From: Sminthopsis crassicaudata | Lineage: Eukaryota | Length of the DNA: 64,000 nucleotides | Assembly: GCF_048593235.1 (NCBI RefSeq) | Contig: NC_133618.1 | Coordinates: forward strand, 676,370,361-676,434,360 | Direction of reading: 5' to 3' | Shown here: positions 10,904 through 23,340 of the stretch, piece by piece | Numbering within the stretch: the stretch's first letter is position 1 | Layout: every line of letters starts with the position of its first letter | Position numbers and translations under genes: made by a program | Notes under the pieces: model-generated | The model's database searches: none | What the model was told of the DNA's origin: nothing | Seen by the model: only the letters and a program-made list of their open reading frames with translations

Positions 10904-10999
10904 AACCTGCCTCCTCCATTGCCGAGTAAAACTCCGCCACCGCCTCCTCCAAAGACTACTCGCAAGCAAGCGTCCGTGGACTCTGGGATTGTGCAGTGA
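10904..10999 (+). CDS. DOCK1: DOCK1 last coding exon to stop codon
   Basis: Long pyrimidine tract plus tAG (10902-10903). Encodes NLPPPLPSKTPPPPPPKTTRKQASVDSGIVQ then TGA (10997-10999). This is the DOCK1 C-terminus; DOCK2 and DOCK5 end differently. Confidence 0.97.
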   Translation, partial: NLPPPLPSKTPPPPPPKTTRKQASVDSGIVQ

Positions 11000-12140
11000 G
11001 CCGGCCTTCCTCCAAAGATCAAGCCCTCACGCTCCCCTCCCCAGTAGGTTCGGAGTCTGCCGTTTACCTCATTTGGGCCTGCCGTGTCTAACGTGTAGTA
11101 CCGATGTTCTAACGAAAGAGAACCCCTGGCTAACAGCGGAGCAGGCTTTTTAAGTCAAAAACGAGCAAAATGGCACTCGAGGGAAGCTGGCCCAGGCCGG
11201 GGCCTGGTCAAGTGGCCGAGGACATTCACGTGGCTGGGGAGCCCTTCCCCTCGTGTCCTCTTTCTTCATACCAAATGATTCTCTTAGCTGCCGTCAGTCA
11301 GGAAGGACAGGTGCCCGTCTATGCAGAGCGTCGTAGCTCCCAAAGTGAAGCGCCAGGACCCCAAGCATCCTTAGAGACCATCTACTTGGCTCATAGAGGG
11401 CTGGACCGGGCTTAGGGCCCAAATCCCAGTAGAATGAGTGCCAGTTTAAAAAAAAAAAAAAAAAAAAAACATATACTTTTTTTTTTTTTTGCTCCAAGTG
11501 AGGTGGTTTCTTATCCACTGACTACATTTTAATGACATGAACATATCAAGCTCCTCCCCTTTCACAGCAGGTCCCCCATTCAGTCTGATGTAATTTAAAA
11601 TAGGATATTTTTCAGCTACTGAACAGATACTAATTTATATGGGGGGGGGAGGGGAACATCATTAGAACTTACTGGGTCATTTTGGGAAACTCAATATGGA
11701 CAATAGGAAGATGAAGTTTTTCTTTTTTTAAAAGAACAAGCAGAGTAACGTGCATAGGTGGTTTTGATTAGCAGAAATCTTTTTGTTCCGTGTCTTCGTT
11801 CTGTACAGAAATGTGTATATATGACGGGTCTTAGAATGTTTTTAATGTGTAAGGTGCCTGCTTTGTTGTCATAGGTATCTGCAAGTGATTCCCAGTGTGT
11901 GTTCGTAATTTTTTAACTGCTAAAAATGTATAAATAACATTTTTTTTTAGAATTTGTAAGTTCGGAACATTTTGAATGATGGTTAAAAAAAAATTCTGGA
12001 GACTAACTTTTTATCCCTAATTTTTTTATTCCGCCAACTATATTTTTTTTACTCGCTACAATCATTATGCTTTTGACATAGAGGTCGTAAATGTGTCACT
12101 GACTCCCAAGAATAAAACATTATTTAAAAAAAGTCTTCGC
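11000..12140 (+). other. DOCK1: DOCK1 3' UTR (end inferred)
   Basis: Non-repeat sequence from the stop codon, becoming U-rich, up to the first canonical AATAAA at 12111. The cleavage site is inferred about 20 nt downstream. Confidence 0.7.
12111..12116 (+). terminator. Polyadenylation signal AATAAA of DOCK1
   Basis: AATAAA with U-rich sequence upstream and GU-rich sequence (gtcttcgcatgtgaccttgtt) about 20-35 nt downstream. Confidence 0.65.
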
Positions 12141-12519
12141 ATGTGACCTTGTTAATGTCCCCCAAGGCTAGCATCTTCTCCATTTAAATAAGTCCTTGCT
12201 GTTTCTCCGCCGCTTTTCCATAGGGTTCAGTCCTGTACACACACAGGCCTCCTCAGAAAAAACAGTGGATCGCCTCACTGTGACCGAGTCTTGTTTTTCT
12301 AATATGACACAGGAAGCAAAAATAGAAAATAATGATGAGTGGCCTGGAGCCACTCGGGCGTACTGGCTGATCTCCATCATCTTCCAAGCTCCCATTCTTC
12401 CTGCGTGCTCCCTCAAACCTAAGCTTTCCCCCCGCAGAGCTGACTGGGGTCTCGGAGCTGGGGTCCGCCAGTGTGGGAAGACATTCTCACTGTTTCTCCT
12501 CACGTGATGGAGCCCCGTG

Positions 12520-13030
12520 ACCAAGGCACAGCAGTACCATCACCCTGGCTGGGGCCGGGAGCCACCTTCAGCCTCCCTCTGTTCTCACTCCCACAAATCA
12601 AGGTTCCTCCTCAGTTTGCCTGCTCTGTGATCAACTTCATACATGCCCTTAAATTGCCATCTAGAATAAGGTCTGTTGACTCCTTCTCGGTCTGAAAATG
12701 TCTCCCCTGTCCTGAAAAACAAATCCTTTCCCTGGACTTCTTTCTCCATGTCCTCCCTCCTTGTCACTGCCAGACTTCTTGGAAGACAATGCTGGGGGGA
12801 ATTTACAATGCTGGACGGTCTAAATTCCCCCCTTCCCCTTCTCACCCTTCCCTCCTCAGCCCCTGCAGTCGGGAAAACAAGTCTCCGTGTTCTGCTGAAA
12901 TGGTTCTTCTTAAGTAAGGTGAGCAAATTAAGGCTTTGCTACCAAGTCTGGCTGTCGTTCCGTCCTCATTCTTATCGACGTTCAACAACATTCAACACTG
13001 TCTCCTCTGCCTCTGTACCGTCCCCCTCCT
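12520..13030 (+). mobile_element. L2 ORF2 (RT region) remnant
   Basis: tgctgaaatggttcttcttaag and gtcctcattcttatcgacgttcaacaacattcaacactgtc resemble the degenerate ETAL.KV / LILLDLSAAFDTV segments. Confidence 0.5.
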
Positions 13031-13329
13031 TTTTAAGCTGGACCCCGTTGCTGGAGGGAAGAGGAATCTCTCTTCCCGAGAGCCACCTGATAAATCTTGA
13101 CCTGGGAGGAAAAGCAGCTTCCTCGTTTCCATTCAACAATAATATTACGGACAGCATTTCAATAGTGTCGCAATAGTTGCCTACACGGTCTCACTTGAAC
13201 ATCACAAAAGCCCACTTCTAATGATTGTTTTCATCACAGTACAGATCTTATTGATCTTCCTTTTTACAGAAAAGGAAACTGAGTCACAGGTAGGGGAATA
13301 ATTAGAGAGCTTTGTGCCTGAAGACAGGA

Positions 13330-13490
13330 GCATCTGAATGATACTTCCCAACTGTGTAATCCTGGGCAAGCTGCTTAACGACTCAATCGTGGTTTCCTTA
13401 TTTATAAAACGAGGCTAATCTGTACAATGGAGTGGTGGTGCCCCAGGGTTGTGGTGGGGATCAAAGCAGATCTTTGTCAATCTCTTCACA
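13330..13490 (+). mobile_element. MIR SINE
   Basis: ctgtgtaatcctgggcaagctgcttaac...gtttccttatttataaaa...agggttgtggtggggatcaaa (CORE). Confidence 0.6.
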
Positions 13491-13495
13491 AATTT

Positions 13496-13630
13496 NNNNN
13501 NNNNNNNNNNNNNNNNNNNNNNNNNNNNNNNNNNNNNNNNNNNNNNNNNNNNNNNNNNNNNNNNNNNNNNNNNNNNNNNNNNNNNNNNNNNNNNNNNNNN
13601 NNNNNNNNNNNNNNNNNNNNNNNNNNNNNN
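13496..13630. other. Assembly gap (135 N)
   Basis: Run of N. Confidence 1.
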
Positions 13631-14899
13631 CAGACTTTCCTCTTGGTCTTTTAATATTCTGTGGGAGCCCGAGCTAACAGCCATTATCTCTTGCCCTTAT
13701 GTGTGACCAGCTTATCCCTTTTCCCAGTTCTGTAAGATAATTTTCATTATCTTTCTCATCCAAAGACATCGATAATGCACAATAGTTTCCTGCTGACCAC
13801 CAGGGGTCACTCCATTTTCCTGTGGGTCATCTACAATTCTGATTTATTGGAGAAGATGGTGTTTCTATGATTCACTGACAAGGGGATCACTGGAAATCTG
13901 TCGGTCCGAGGTGTAGCCACAGGACTTGTTGGACGTACCCAGAGCCATGTCTCAAAAAATCAGGGCTGGATTGTGGTCTGGCTCCTACTTCTGCCCATTC
14001 CAACAAACGTCCCTAAGACTTTCTGTTGGATTTCTCTTTCTTCAAGGACTTCCACTTGGGTACTGCCTCTTCTATGATGTCCTACCGCCCCTGAAAGTGA
14101 TCATTCCTTTCTCAAATTTCTCTAGAACACATCGGATCTTGCTTTCGCGTCATTTTACCAGCAGAACACATCCTTCTGTGCATGACCTTCTCCATTCAGT
14201 ACTTTAGAAACAAATATCAGTTATTCAAGGACAGGAACAGATATGAATTTTTTTTTCCAAATTTGCCTTAGTGCTCAGCATCACTGATACTTAGGTGGTT
14301 GTTGCATTGACTTGCCTACGATTGTTTCCTTCCCTGCTTTTCCTCCTAGCCCTTTAATTTATGTGAATACTTTTAATTAACATCTATTTTCAGAGATGTA
14401 GTGCTCTAAATTTGTTTCTGTTTTCTTTGAACATTTTCACTTTTTCTACTTTTTTTTTTTATTTGAGTTTAGGGGGATAGTTATAATTGGACTTCAGAGA
14501 CTTTCTCCTTTGCAAGATAAAATGCAAATTCTCCTTCCTTGCTGTGTAAATCACTGCCCACTTTGGGAAATTTTCTAATTTGAGGTTAATTCTTCCCACC
14601 CTGGGCTCCTTCCTTTCCTGTCAAGCTGAATATCCTCTCTTTGATCCTGCTATTTCATTTTCATGTCCAATCAGTCACTAAGATTTCCTTGTTAAGTAGC
14701 TCTAAACTTTAGGGTTATATACTGATTGTTCCTGCTCCCAAGGATGCCAAGGGATTTTCCCATAGTTCACTTCTCTCAGTGGTTTTGCTACTAGACTCCC
14801 AGTTCTTCAGAATCCTATGCTACAGATGCAAGCACGTTTGATTTTACTTTGAGGACCCGAAAAAGCAAAAATGAAAAAAAAAAAATCAGTATTCCTGGT

Positions 14900-15260
14900 T
14901 AGAATAGAATCTGAATAGAAAGGAACTTCAGAGAACAGCTAGTGCTGGCTTTCCCCAAACAAGAATTATCTCCCCATATTCTTCACAAGTGGTCATCCAG
15001 CCTTCCTTACAAGAGTCCAAAGTAGGAAAGCCCAGCAGCTCTGGGGTCAGCACCTTCCAGTGTTGGATAGGGCTGATCATCACCACGTTTTTCATGGATT
15101 TGAGCTTAAATGCGTCTCTTTGTAATTTCTGGAGATTCTTCCTAGCTCAGACTTCTGGAGCAAAATGAAACAAATTCGGCCACCCTTCCAAAAGATCATC
15201 CACTACCTGAATCCAGGTATTGTGTTAATCCCCCTATTCCAGTTGCCTTGTCTGTAGAGG
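14900..15260 (-). mobile_element. MIR3/L3-type remnant
   Basis: gtggtcatccagcctt...caccttccagtgttggatagggctgat...gagcaaaatgaaacaaattc match antisense L3/MIR3 3' motifs. Confidence 0.5.
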
Positions 15261-15329
15261 TTGGGTTAGATGATCTGAGTGCTTTGTGGCTCTGTTTCAC
15301 AACGTCACTGCTGATGTCAGGACACGATG

Positions 15330-15660
15330 GATAAACTGACAAACTTGGAGTCAGGAAGATCTGAATTCAAATTCTGCCCCAGACACTTACTTAACTATGT
15401 GACCCTGGGCAATGTATTTAAACTCTCTCAATTTTACTCTCCTCATCTATGAAATGGGGATAATCTTAGTATCTTCTTCTTGGGGCTACTGTGAGGATCA
15501 AAAGAGATAACATCATAAAACACTTTGTAAACCTTAAAGTGATCTATAAAACTAGATACTGTTCTCAACCTCATTTTGAAGATAAAGAAATTGAGGTTCA
15601 GACAAAGGAAGTGACAAGCCCCTGGTTGCCCAATTCAGCTGCCTTAGAATATCTTATAAA
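15330..15660. mobile_element. Tail-to-tail MIR pair (+ then -)
   Basis: ggagtcaggaagatctgaattcaaattctgcc...gtgaggatcaaa (+), followed by cattttgaagataaagaaattgagg (-). Confidence 0.7.
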
Positions 15661-17482
15661 AAGTTCTGGGCTAAATATAATGATGTGGATTTGAATTCAC
15701 TCTCTTCCTCCAGGTCCGATGTGTGACCTTGAGACAGTCTCTGTTGGGCCTTAGTCAGCAAGCCAAATCAATAAGCATTTATTAAGGGCCCTCCAAGTGC
15801 CCAGCACTGTGGCAGATGCTGATGTTTGGTCTCAGTTTAAGCCTCAGTCTCCTGCTCTCGGAAGTCCCTTAAAACTTTCCCTCTCACGGAGTCCCAGATC
15901 CTGAAGGAACCTCAGTTTCTAGTACAGTAGAACCCAGACAAGAAGCTCAAGCTGATGTCTCAAAGACCTCCGGTCAGAAGACTCTCCCAGCTCTTGAGAA
16001 AGACCAAAACAATTGGAGGTAATTAAATAATCAAGAGAGTGAAGAATTCAGATCTAGGCCTTCTAGCTGGGAGCCCAGCAAAGCTTTCTCTGCCTCCCTT
16101 AACGTAGCAGTCGTAACAAAACTGCCACATGGGAGAGAATCTCAGTAGCCATCTACCAGGTCCAGTTCCCACCTGAGAAAGCCATCCCCCTCTTCCATTC
16201 TTGGCAAGTGGCTAAAGACCTCCGAAGAGAAGGGCCCACCACAGCTAAGGGTAGCTCCTTCTACTTTATGAGAGCTCTCATAGTGAGGAAATCATTCCCC
16301 TCCCCCATTCAGCCTAAATCTGCCTCTGCTGCTCTGAACCGTTCTCCCTCTTGGCAAACAGAACCAGCCCAAACTCCTTTCTTTGCTTTCTTGCCCAAAA
16401 GCTCATTAACCCATTTGCTATTCGTTGGGACCAAAGGTTGTGCATCTTCCCTTTAGAAAGGCCACAGGCAGAAACAGGTTTAAGATCCCTGACCCAGCAC
16501 TGCCCACCTTCGGGCAAGCTCCCAGACCAGCTCCCCAAGGAGCAGAGCATTTGTCAGTTTTGGAACACCTGCAGCGAGAGGCTTCGGAGCTGTCCCTGGT
16601 ACCTGGAGGCCTCCTAAATGTCTCTTAGCATTTTTTTTCCTGCAGATAAAATTTTAAGACACATGGAAGAGTAAGATTTCCAGACTATAAATAGTCCAGT
16701 CAGTGGAAATAAGGCTGCCTCAGGTCAGCCCGGCTCTGTGGAGGCCCTGATGAGAGGAGAATGTAGCTCCAGCGAAGGCAGCCTCGGGCTTGTTGACATT
16801 CTGCATGTACCTCCACAGGCTTCGGGCTGAGGGATTTCCACTGGCTTGTGGACAGAGACCCGGCTTTGCAGTCAGAGGAACTGGCTTTAATTGCCAGCAC
16901 TTTCTTATAATAGCCTCTCTGGGTCTCAGCTTCCTCATTTGGAGAAAGCCAAAATTGCACTAGACTTCCCTTCCAGCTTTAACATTCTAGGCTCCTGGAC
17001 GTAGAAGCTTCCTGCTATTTTTCCAGCACTGCACTAAGCCCAGGAGGAGGATGCAAGAGAACCGGATGATTCTAACCTCCAGAACTGAATAGAGTAACGA
17101 TAATAATAATCATTTATTCTACAGTGGGTCTAAGGTTTAAAAGGCTTTCCCTACAGCAAAGCTGTGAGGTTTGGGGAACACATGTTCTATCCCCAAAGAG
17201 AGGGAATGAAGTGTGTGGGCTGATGGGCTGCCAGAATCCAAGTCTCTTCTGACTCCAGGTCCAGCTCTCATGGGTTGCAGTGAATTGCCTACTGACAACA
17301 TTCAGAGGCTGAGTCTGTCTGGTGCCCAAAGAGCACACGACAATTGAGTTCAAAGATCAATCACTTTGGGGGGGAAATTAAGCCTTTGAAACCTCCAAGA
17401 GCCCCAAACCAAGGAAGACAATTTTGTTTCTATTTTTTTTTACATACAGCCATGTATTAGAAGCACTGGATGTTCCCATTAA

Positions 17483-18260
17483 AGACAGAGGAGAAAAAAT
17501 AGATGGAAGGAGGAAGAAGAAAAGGATGAATAGTATGAGGAGAAAGAGGAGAGAGAGGATAAAGAAAAAGAGAAGGAGGAGATGGAGAAGAAAAAGAAAG
17601 GAAGAAGAGAAAAGGAGGAGAGGGAAGGGAGAAGAGAAAGAGAAGGGGGAAAGGTAAGGGAGAAGGTCTGAAAGGAAAAAGAGGAGATGATGGCGAAAAT
17701 GGAGAAAGATGGAGAAAAAGAAGAGGAGAAAAAGAGGGAAAGGATACAAAGAGGAGAATGGAGAGGAGGGGGAGGATAAGGATAGAAGGTAGAAGGATAA
17801 AGAAGAGGAGAAAGAGAAGACAAGGAAATGGGGAAGAAGAGAAAGGAAAGGAGGAGGAGGAGAGGGAAAGGAGAAGAGAAAAATGTAGAGGAGGAGGGGA
17901 AGGGGAGGGAGGATAAGAAAGAAAAGAAGGAGGGGATGAGGAAGAAAAAGAAAGGAGAAAAGGAGGAGAGGAAAGGGAGAAGAGAAAGAGAAGGGGAGAA
18001 AGAGAAAAGAAAAGATTGGGAAGAAGAAGGAGAAGGGAAAGAGTGAAGATGGAGAAAAAGAAGAGGAAAAGGGAAGGAATACAAGGGATATATAGAGGAG
18101 GGGGGAGGATAAGGATAGATAAGAAGAGGAAGAGGAGAAGGAGCAGGGGAAGAAAAGGAAAGAGGGAGGAAGAGAAAAGAGAAGAAAAAAAAGGGTAGAG
18201 GAGAAGGGGAAGGGTGGAAAGGATGAGGAAGAGGAAAAGGAGGGGAAGGAAGAGGTCTGA
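17483..18260 (+). repeat. ~780-bp GA-rich polypurine low-complexity tract
   Basis: Almost only A and G on the + strand, directly visible. Confidence 0.96.
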
Positions 18261-21200
18261 GGACAGGCTTTGCTGGGTTCTGACCTATCAGCAGCAGATA
18301 ACAGTAAGAAAACATGGAAGCACAATGGGGCTTTTTTCCCTAGACTCTTTCTTCTCCACCCAAAATCCATCAGTTGCCAAGAATGGCCCCACCTGTTTCC
18401 CATCCTTCCCCTTCCCCACACTCACAAGGTCACCCTGGTTCAGACCCTCTTCACTTCTCAATAAACTCCTGATTGGGCTCTTTGACTGGAATCTCTCCCT
18501 TCATTTTTGCACAGCTGTCTAATTACTCTTCCTAGAACCTGAGAGCAGAGAACATTATTTACAGGCAGAAGCCTCCTTCTTGGTATCTATGTGACCTTGT
18601 CCCAGGTACTTCCTCTCTCTGTACCTCAGTCTCCTCATCTGTAAGATGAAAAGGTCAGACTAGATCACTCAATCAACAGGAAAACATTAAGCATAGAAGT
18701 CACTGGGGTAAGCACTTGATATACCAATAAAAGGTAAAAACAGCCCCTGCTCTCAAGGAACTTTTATTCTGATGGAGAGACAACATATACCCATGTGGGT
18801 ATAAAGAAGAAACATGCAGAATGGATACACCTTAACCTTAGGGAAAGATTGGTGGCTGAGGGAAGCAGGTGGCCAGGTGGTTCTGTCTCCTGTCTAAATG
18901 GCCCTTGAGCTGGGTCTCAAAGGAAACCAGGGGTTCTAGAGGAAGCACTTTGAGGGGAGAGAATTGTTCCATGGGGGACAGCCAGTGCAAAATCATGTAA
19001 ACAGGAGCTGGAATACACGTGTGGATGTGGCTCAGCCTTGAATGAGTGTGGCTACACCTTCAGGTGGGTGCTGAGCAATGGAAAGGATGTGGGGCAGGTG
19101 GAAAGAGCTACAGGGGTCAAACAGAGGAGCTGACCTTTGGTCCTAGAGCTCCCAGGGAGCCACTGGCTTTAGTGTCAGAGCTGGCTTTAGGACAATCATT
19201 TGGTTCCTCTCCAGCACCCTATATGCTCGCTGGTTAGCGCACAGAAGGTGCTAATAAAAATGCTTGATGATTGATGTGAGATCACAGTGGGCTGTTATGA
19301 ACCACTCACAGAAAAGGCCAGCAATTTGTAAGGTAAAAATAATCAAGTTTCAAGCTGAAATTTTTATGAATTAGCATAAATTATTCTATTTCAAATGCTT
19401 GTTAACAGTTAATTTAACTTCATGAACACTTGTGTTTGAGAAGAGTGCACTTAATATCAAGTAAGATGCTGCCTGCAAAATATCAAGTTATTTTTAAAGC
19501 CCCTACCTCCTCTAAGTTTCTCTGCAGGAAAAATGAGGTGCACTCATTTGTTTTGACTGCCGTTTGAAGACTTTTCAAAGAAATTAAACTTCTAAAAACA
19601 TCAGCAATAATCCTGAAAAGGAAAACTCCCCGTCCACCCCAGGTTTCCAAATAATGAGTGAAAGGTGATTGCATTTCAGCATTTCAAAGGAGGCTATTTG
19701 AAACTGGAAATGAGGCGGCTCCAGAGAGCTTTGGGATTCATTTCTTGTCTCTGACGCCAAGTGTGTAAGAAAAGGAGCTCTATTTATTGCTACCCTTCAT
19801 CTTCTGAGTATGATTTTGATAAACCCATCCGGAGAGAGAGAACTGGAATTAAGTGGAAGAGGCAAAGGTCAGCCCTGTGCTGTTCTGAGATAAGCCATCG
19901 TCCTTACAGAGAGGAGAGAGGATTTGCACAAGATGGCAAAGGACTTTCCACCTAGGTCTACCCAAAGCCGAAATTCGGATTCACTCAAGGACCACCTATC
20001 CAAAGCCTCGGGTCAAGGATGTCAGCCGAAATGAAACAGGTAAGCCAGATCCTGCTTCAAATCTCTATCAAAGCCTATAAGAGCCACAGCTAGGAGTCAT
20101 TCTTGTCTCTAAGCATTATGGGAACTTCGGAAACATGTGCCGGTGATGTCTGATCTTTAAAAAGCATCCTGAATTTCATTCCTTCTGTGGCCAATTTTGG
20201 TTACAGGAATAAGATATGTCTTTCAACCTTGGGGACTTTTAACTGTCCCTTTTTTCAAGCATGAAATGAATCATAGGACCATAGAATGTCAGAGTTGGGA
20301 GGGATCTCAGAGACCAATTAGTCCAATTCCCCCATTTTACAGCTGATAAAACTGAGGTTCTGGAAGCCCTTGCCCAATTAAATGCAATCCCATTAACCAA
20401 GCCTTTACGAAGTACTTGCTATGAGCAAAATGTGATTTCACTGAATAGAACCTCCCAGGTAAGGAAACTCCCTTTACCAATGGAAGTCATTAGAAATACT
20501 TACATGCAGCCATTAGGGATCCTAGCTAGGGCTGGAATGCAGGTCTTCCTGGCTTCAGGACCAGCTCTCTGCCTTCTCCATGTGAGTTAAGAAAGGGGAA
20601 AAATGCAAGTCTCCATTTCAGAGATTTTATTCTATTGTTCTTACACTTGCACATAGCAAAGCAGATTCAAACTTTGGGCATACCATTTTTGCACTCGAGG
20701 AGGGACATCAAGGGTCAGCTCCATCAGCCCAATATGCTCCCAAGCCTCTCATTTCACATATGATGCCACTGAGCCCAGGAGGACGTGCAGAAGCTGCCCA
20801 AGACCCTCTGGCTCTTAGCTGACACGTAGCTCGGAGAATGGACATCTAGGGAAGAGCAAGCAGCAGCTCTGAGGCTCAGAAATCCTCACCGTCTGCCATG
20901 AAGCGAGAGCCGCTAGCGGGCACTCAGAGGCTTCCAGGCTGCGACTCCATCTCTGCTTTGCAGGTAAAAGCGTTCTGCCCAAGAGGGGGAGGAGGTGTGT
21001 GCATGGGGGAGAGTGATTGCTTCTCTAACAATGGTCTTATTAAGAGCTTGAGCACTGTCACAGCAAATGACTGTGCTTGTTCATGCTATAGCACGTTACC
21101 AAATTATATCTGCTTTAATTACTCAAGCTTATTTTCCTGCCAGCGCTGGTGGTAATCACACTTTTCCACAGGGTTTGATGGGTAGCACTGTTTCGAGACA

Positions 21201-22469
21201 GAAAATGAAGAGAAACTGGTACAGATGCATCGATCAGACTTTCTTTCTGTCTTGAAGAGCCATCTTGGGACATTTTATGAAAGGATTAGTAATTTACCAA
21301 GGGGAGGCTTTTCAAATGAGGAATTAAAGGATTGCTCTTGTGCTGATCAGGAAGAAATCTATTTGGGGGTCAGGAGGAGGGGGATTCCCGCGGTTCACAA
21401 GTGGAAGTGATAGCGGAGATCTAACCTCAGTCTCAGCACTTACTTCACCTGAGGCGGGATTTTTTTCTGCCTCTGGTCCCTGGTTCTCTCCCACCTGGAA
21501 GCTCTGCTCCATCCAGATCTAAAGATCCTCTAGGCAGAGACTGAGAGTTGGAAAGGACACTTACTATCTAGGCCAATTCTCTCCTTTTACAGATGGGGAA
21601 ACTGAGGCTCTTACAAGTGAAATATAGTGATTTGTGTAGCCTCAGAAAAGCAATTTGAACCCTAGTCCTCTGATAGTGGTAATGATCTCCCCCCTGGGTC
21701 AGGCTTCTTCCCTTTGGAGCCAAAACAACAAACACCTGGACTGATCGGAATGATAGACAAGGTTTTATAGAGTGAAATGTGACAGGGCAGCAAGGTAGTG
21801 CAATGGAGAGAGTGCCAGAGTCAGGGAGGCCTGAGTTCAAATGCTGCGTGACCCTGGACAAGTCAGTAATTTCCGTTTGCCTTAATCTGCTGGAGAAGAA
21901 AATGGAAACCACTCCAGCATCTTTGCTCCCAAACGTAAGGGTTTCAAGGGACTGCAAACTCAATGCACCTCAATAGTATTTCAAGAGATCCTTGAGCTCC
22001 TAACACAGGTCTTTTCCCACTCTGGAATGAATTGTCCTCCCATCCCTCTTCCAAGGTCACTGACTCCACAAGATGGACGGCCTCCTTGGAGAGCCCCAGT
22101 ATGGCGCCTGGCCTGATTGGCTATTAGCTTTTGCTCTCATGTAGTTCCTGGCACACGTCAGTACTTCACATGTGTTTTCTGATTAATCAATTACTCCATG
22201 AGTGAGATTTCTCCCTTTCTAATCCCTTGTTTCTTGGATTCTACCCTTGCATCAGTCATTCTCGCTACTGACCATTACTAGGTCCACCATGGTTCTCTCT
22301 GTTACCCTCTGGCCACCAGACATAGGATTCTTCAGAGATCAAGTGTTCTACAGCTTACAGTCCCACCAGGAATGTGGTACAAGAGAAGAAGGGCTCTAAT
22401 TCAGTAGTTCAGGATTGTAGAAAATGGTTGACAATCTCCCAGTAAGTTTTTGACATGAAAATGTTTTAG

Positions 22470-22690
22470 AATTTCCCAGTAAAAGGGATTTCCTCTATTA
22501 ATGGTGAGATCTGCCAAATACTCTGATTTATAGATGACACTGTTCTGTGCCAGAACAATACAAGCCTCCATCAAGATCTATGATGCCTCCAAAGAGCTAC
22601 GCAATCCACACAGGATAAACCAAGTGGATGAAAAATCTCCTTTGCCCAGATTAGGCTAGATGGGCAACCTACTGAGTGAGTCCATTAGCA
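22470..22690 (+). mobile_element. RTE-clade LINE reverse transcriptase fragment
   Basis: aagggatttcctctattaatggtgag...tttatagatgacactgttctg (degenerate FADD motif) and atccacacaggataaaccaagtggatgaaaaat (IHTGKTKWM-like). Confidence 0.6.
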
Positions 22691-22769
22691 CATAGCAGGA
22701 GGTCACTGCTGAAGAGTGACAAAGAGCTGGGATCTATATTTAAGGAGGAGGAGGAGGAGGCAGAAGAGG

Positions 22770-23340
22770 AGAAAGATAAAATCAAGCTGAATTGCTTCTG
22801 GGAAACTGGAGACTGATTTTAGCAGTGTGACACGGCAGTCAGGAAAAACTAGCTTGAATTCAAATTGCATTGTGTTCAGGACCATGAAGGCAATGGTCCT
22901 GATGGCCTCTGTCCTAATCAAAAAACATCTGAGGGAAGGGATGAGTTTGTTTCTGGTACCATATTCTAGGAGGGACCTTGACTTTAGCTTTAGCCAATGC
23001 AGGTCTATCTAAGGATGATAAGTGAACTAAAACCACTTTATATTTGAATTGGTTGGAGGAACTGTGAATGTTTAGCTTGGAAAAGAGAAGGGGGTATGAG
23101 AACTATCATCAAATATATGAAGGTCTGCAATGCAGAAGAGGGAAGGATTTGATTTGTTTAGAGGGCACCAAAGGAACCGGGAAGGGGAGTTGGAAAGGGG
23201 AGGTGAAGAGGCAGAGACATAGATTTAATTTTGGGGTTGGGGAAACCTTCCCAATGATTCTGACCATCCCCAAATGGAATGATCTAGCACTCCTTGCCAG
23301 CACATACTCCATTCCTGGAAGTTTATATATGGAATTCTGA
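22770..23340 (+). mobile_element. L3/CR1 3' region
   Basis: gaatgtttagcttggaaaagagaag...tcaaatatatgaaggtctgc...ccccaaatggaatg. Confidence 0.7.

Noticed and set aside
10997-11047. Stop read-through giving AGLPPKIKPSRSPPQ (another Pro-Lys motif)
   Set aside because: The context is TGA-G, not the leaky TGA-CTAG, and a 15-codon open stretch is expected by chance.
12676-13176. 166-aa ORF downstream of DOCK1
   Set aside because: Lies on an L2 ORF2 fossil; no recognisable protein and no splice structure.
17378-18421. 347-aa and 278-aa Phe/Ser/Leu/Pro ORFs (membrane-protein-like)
   Set aside because: The polypyrimidine strand cannot encode stop codons; compositional artefact.
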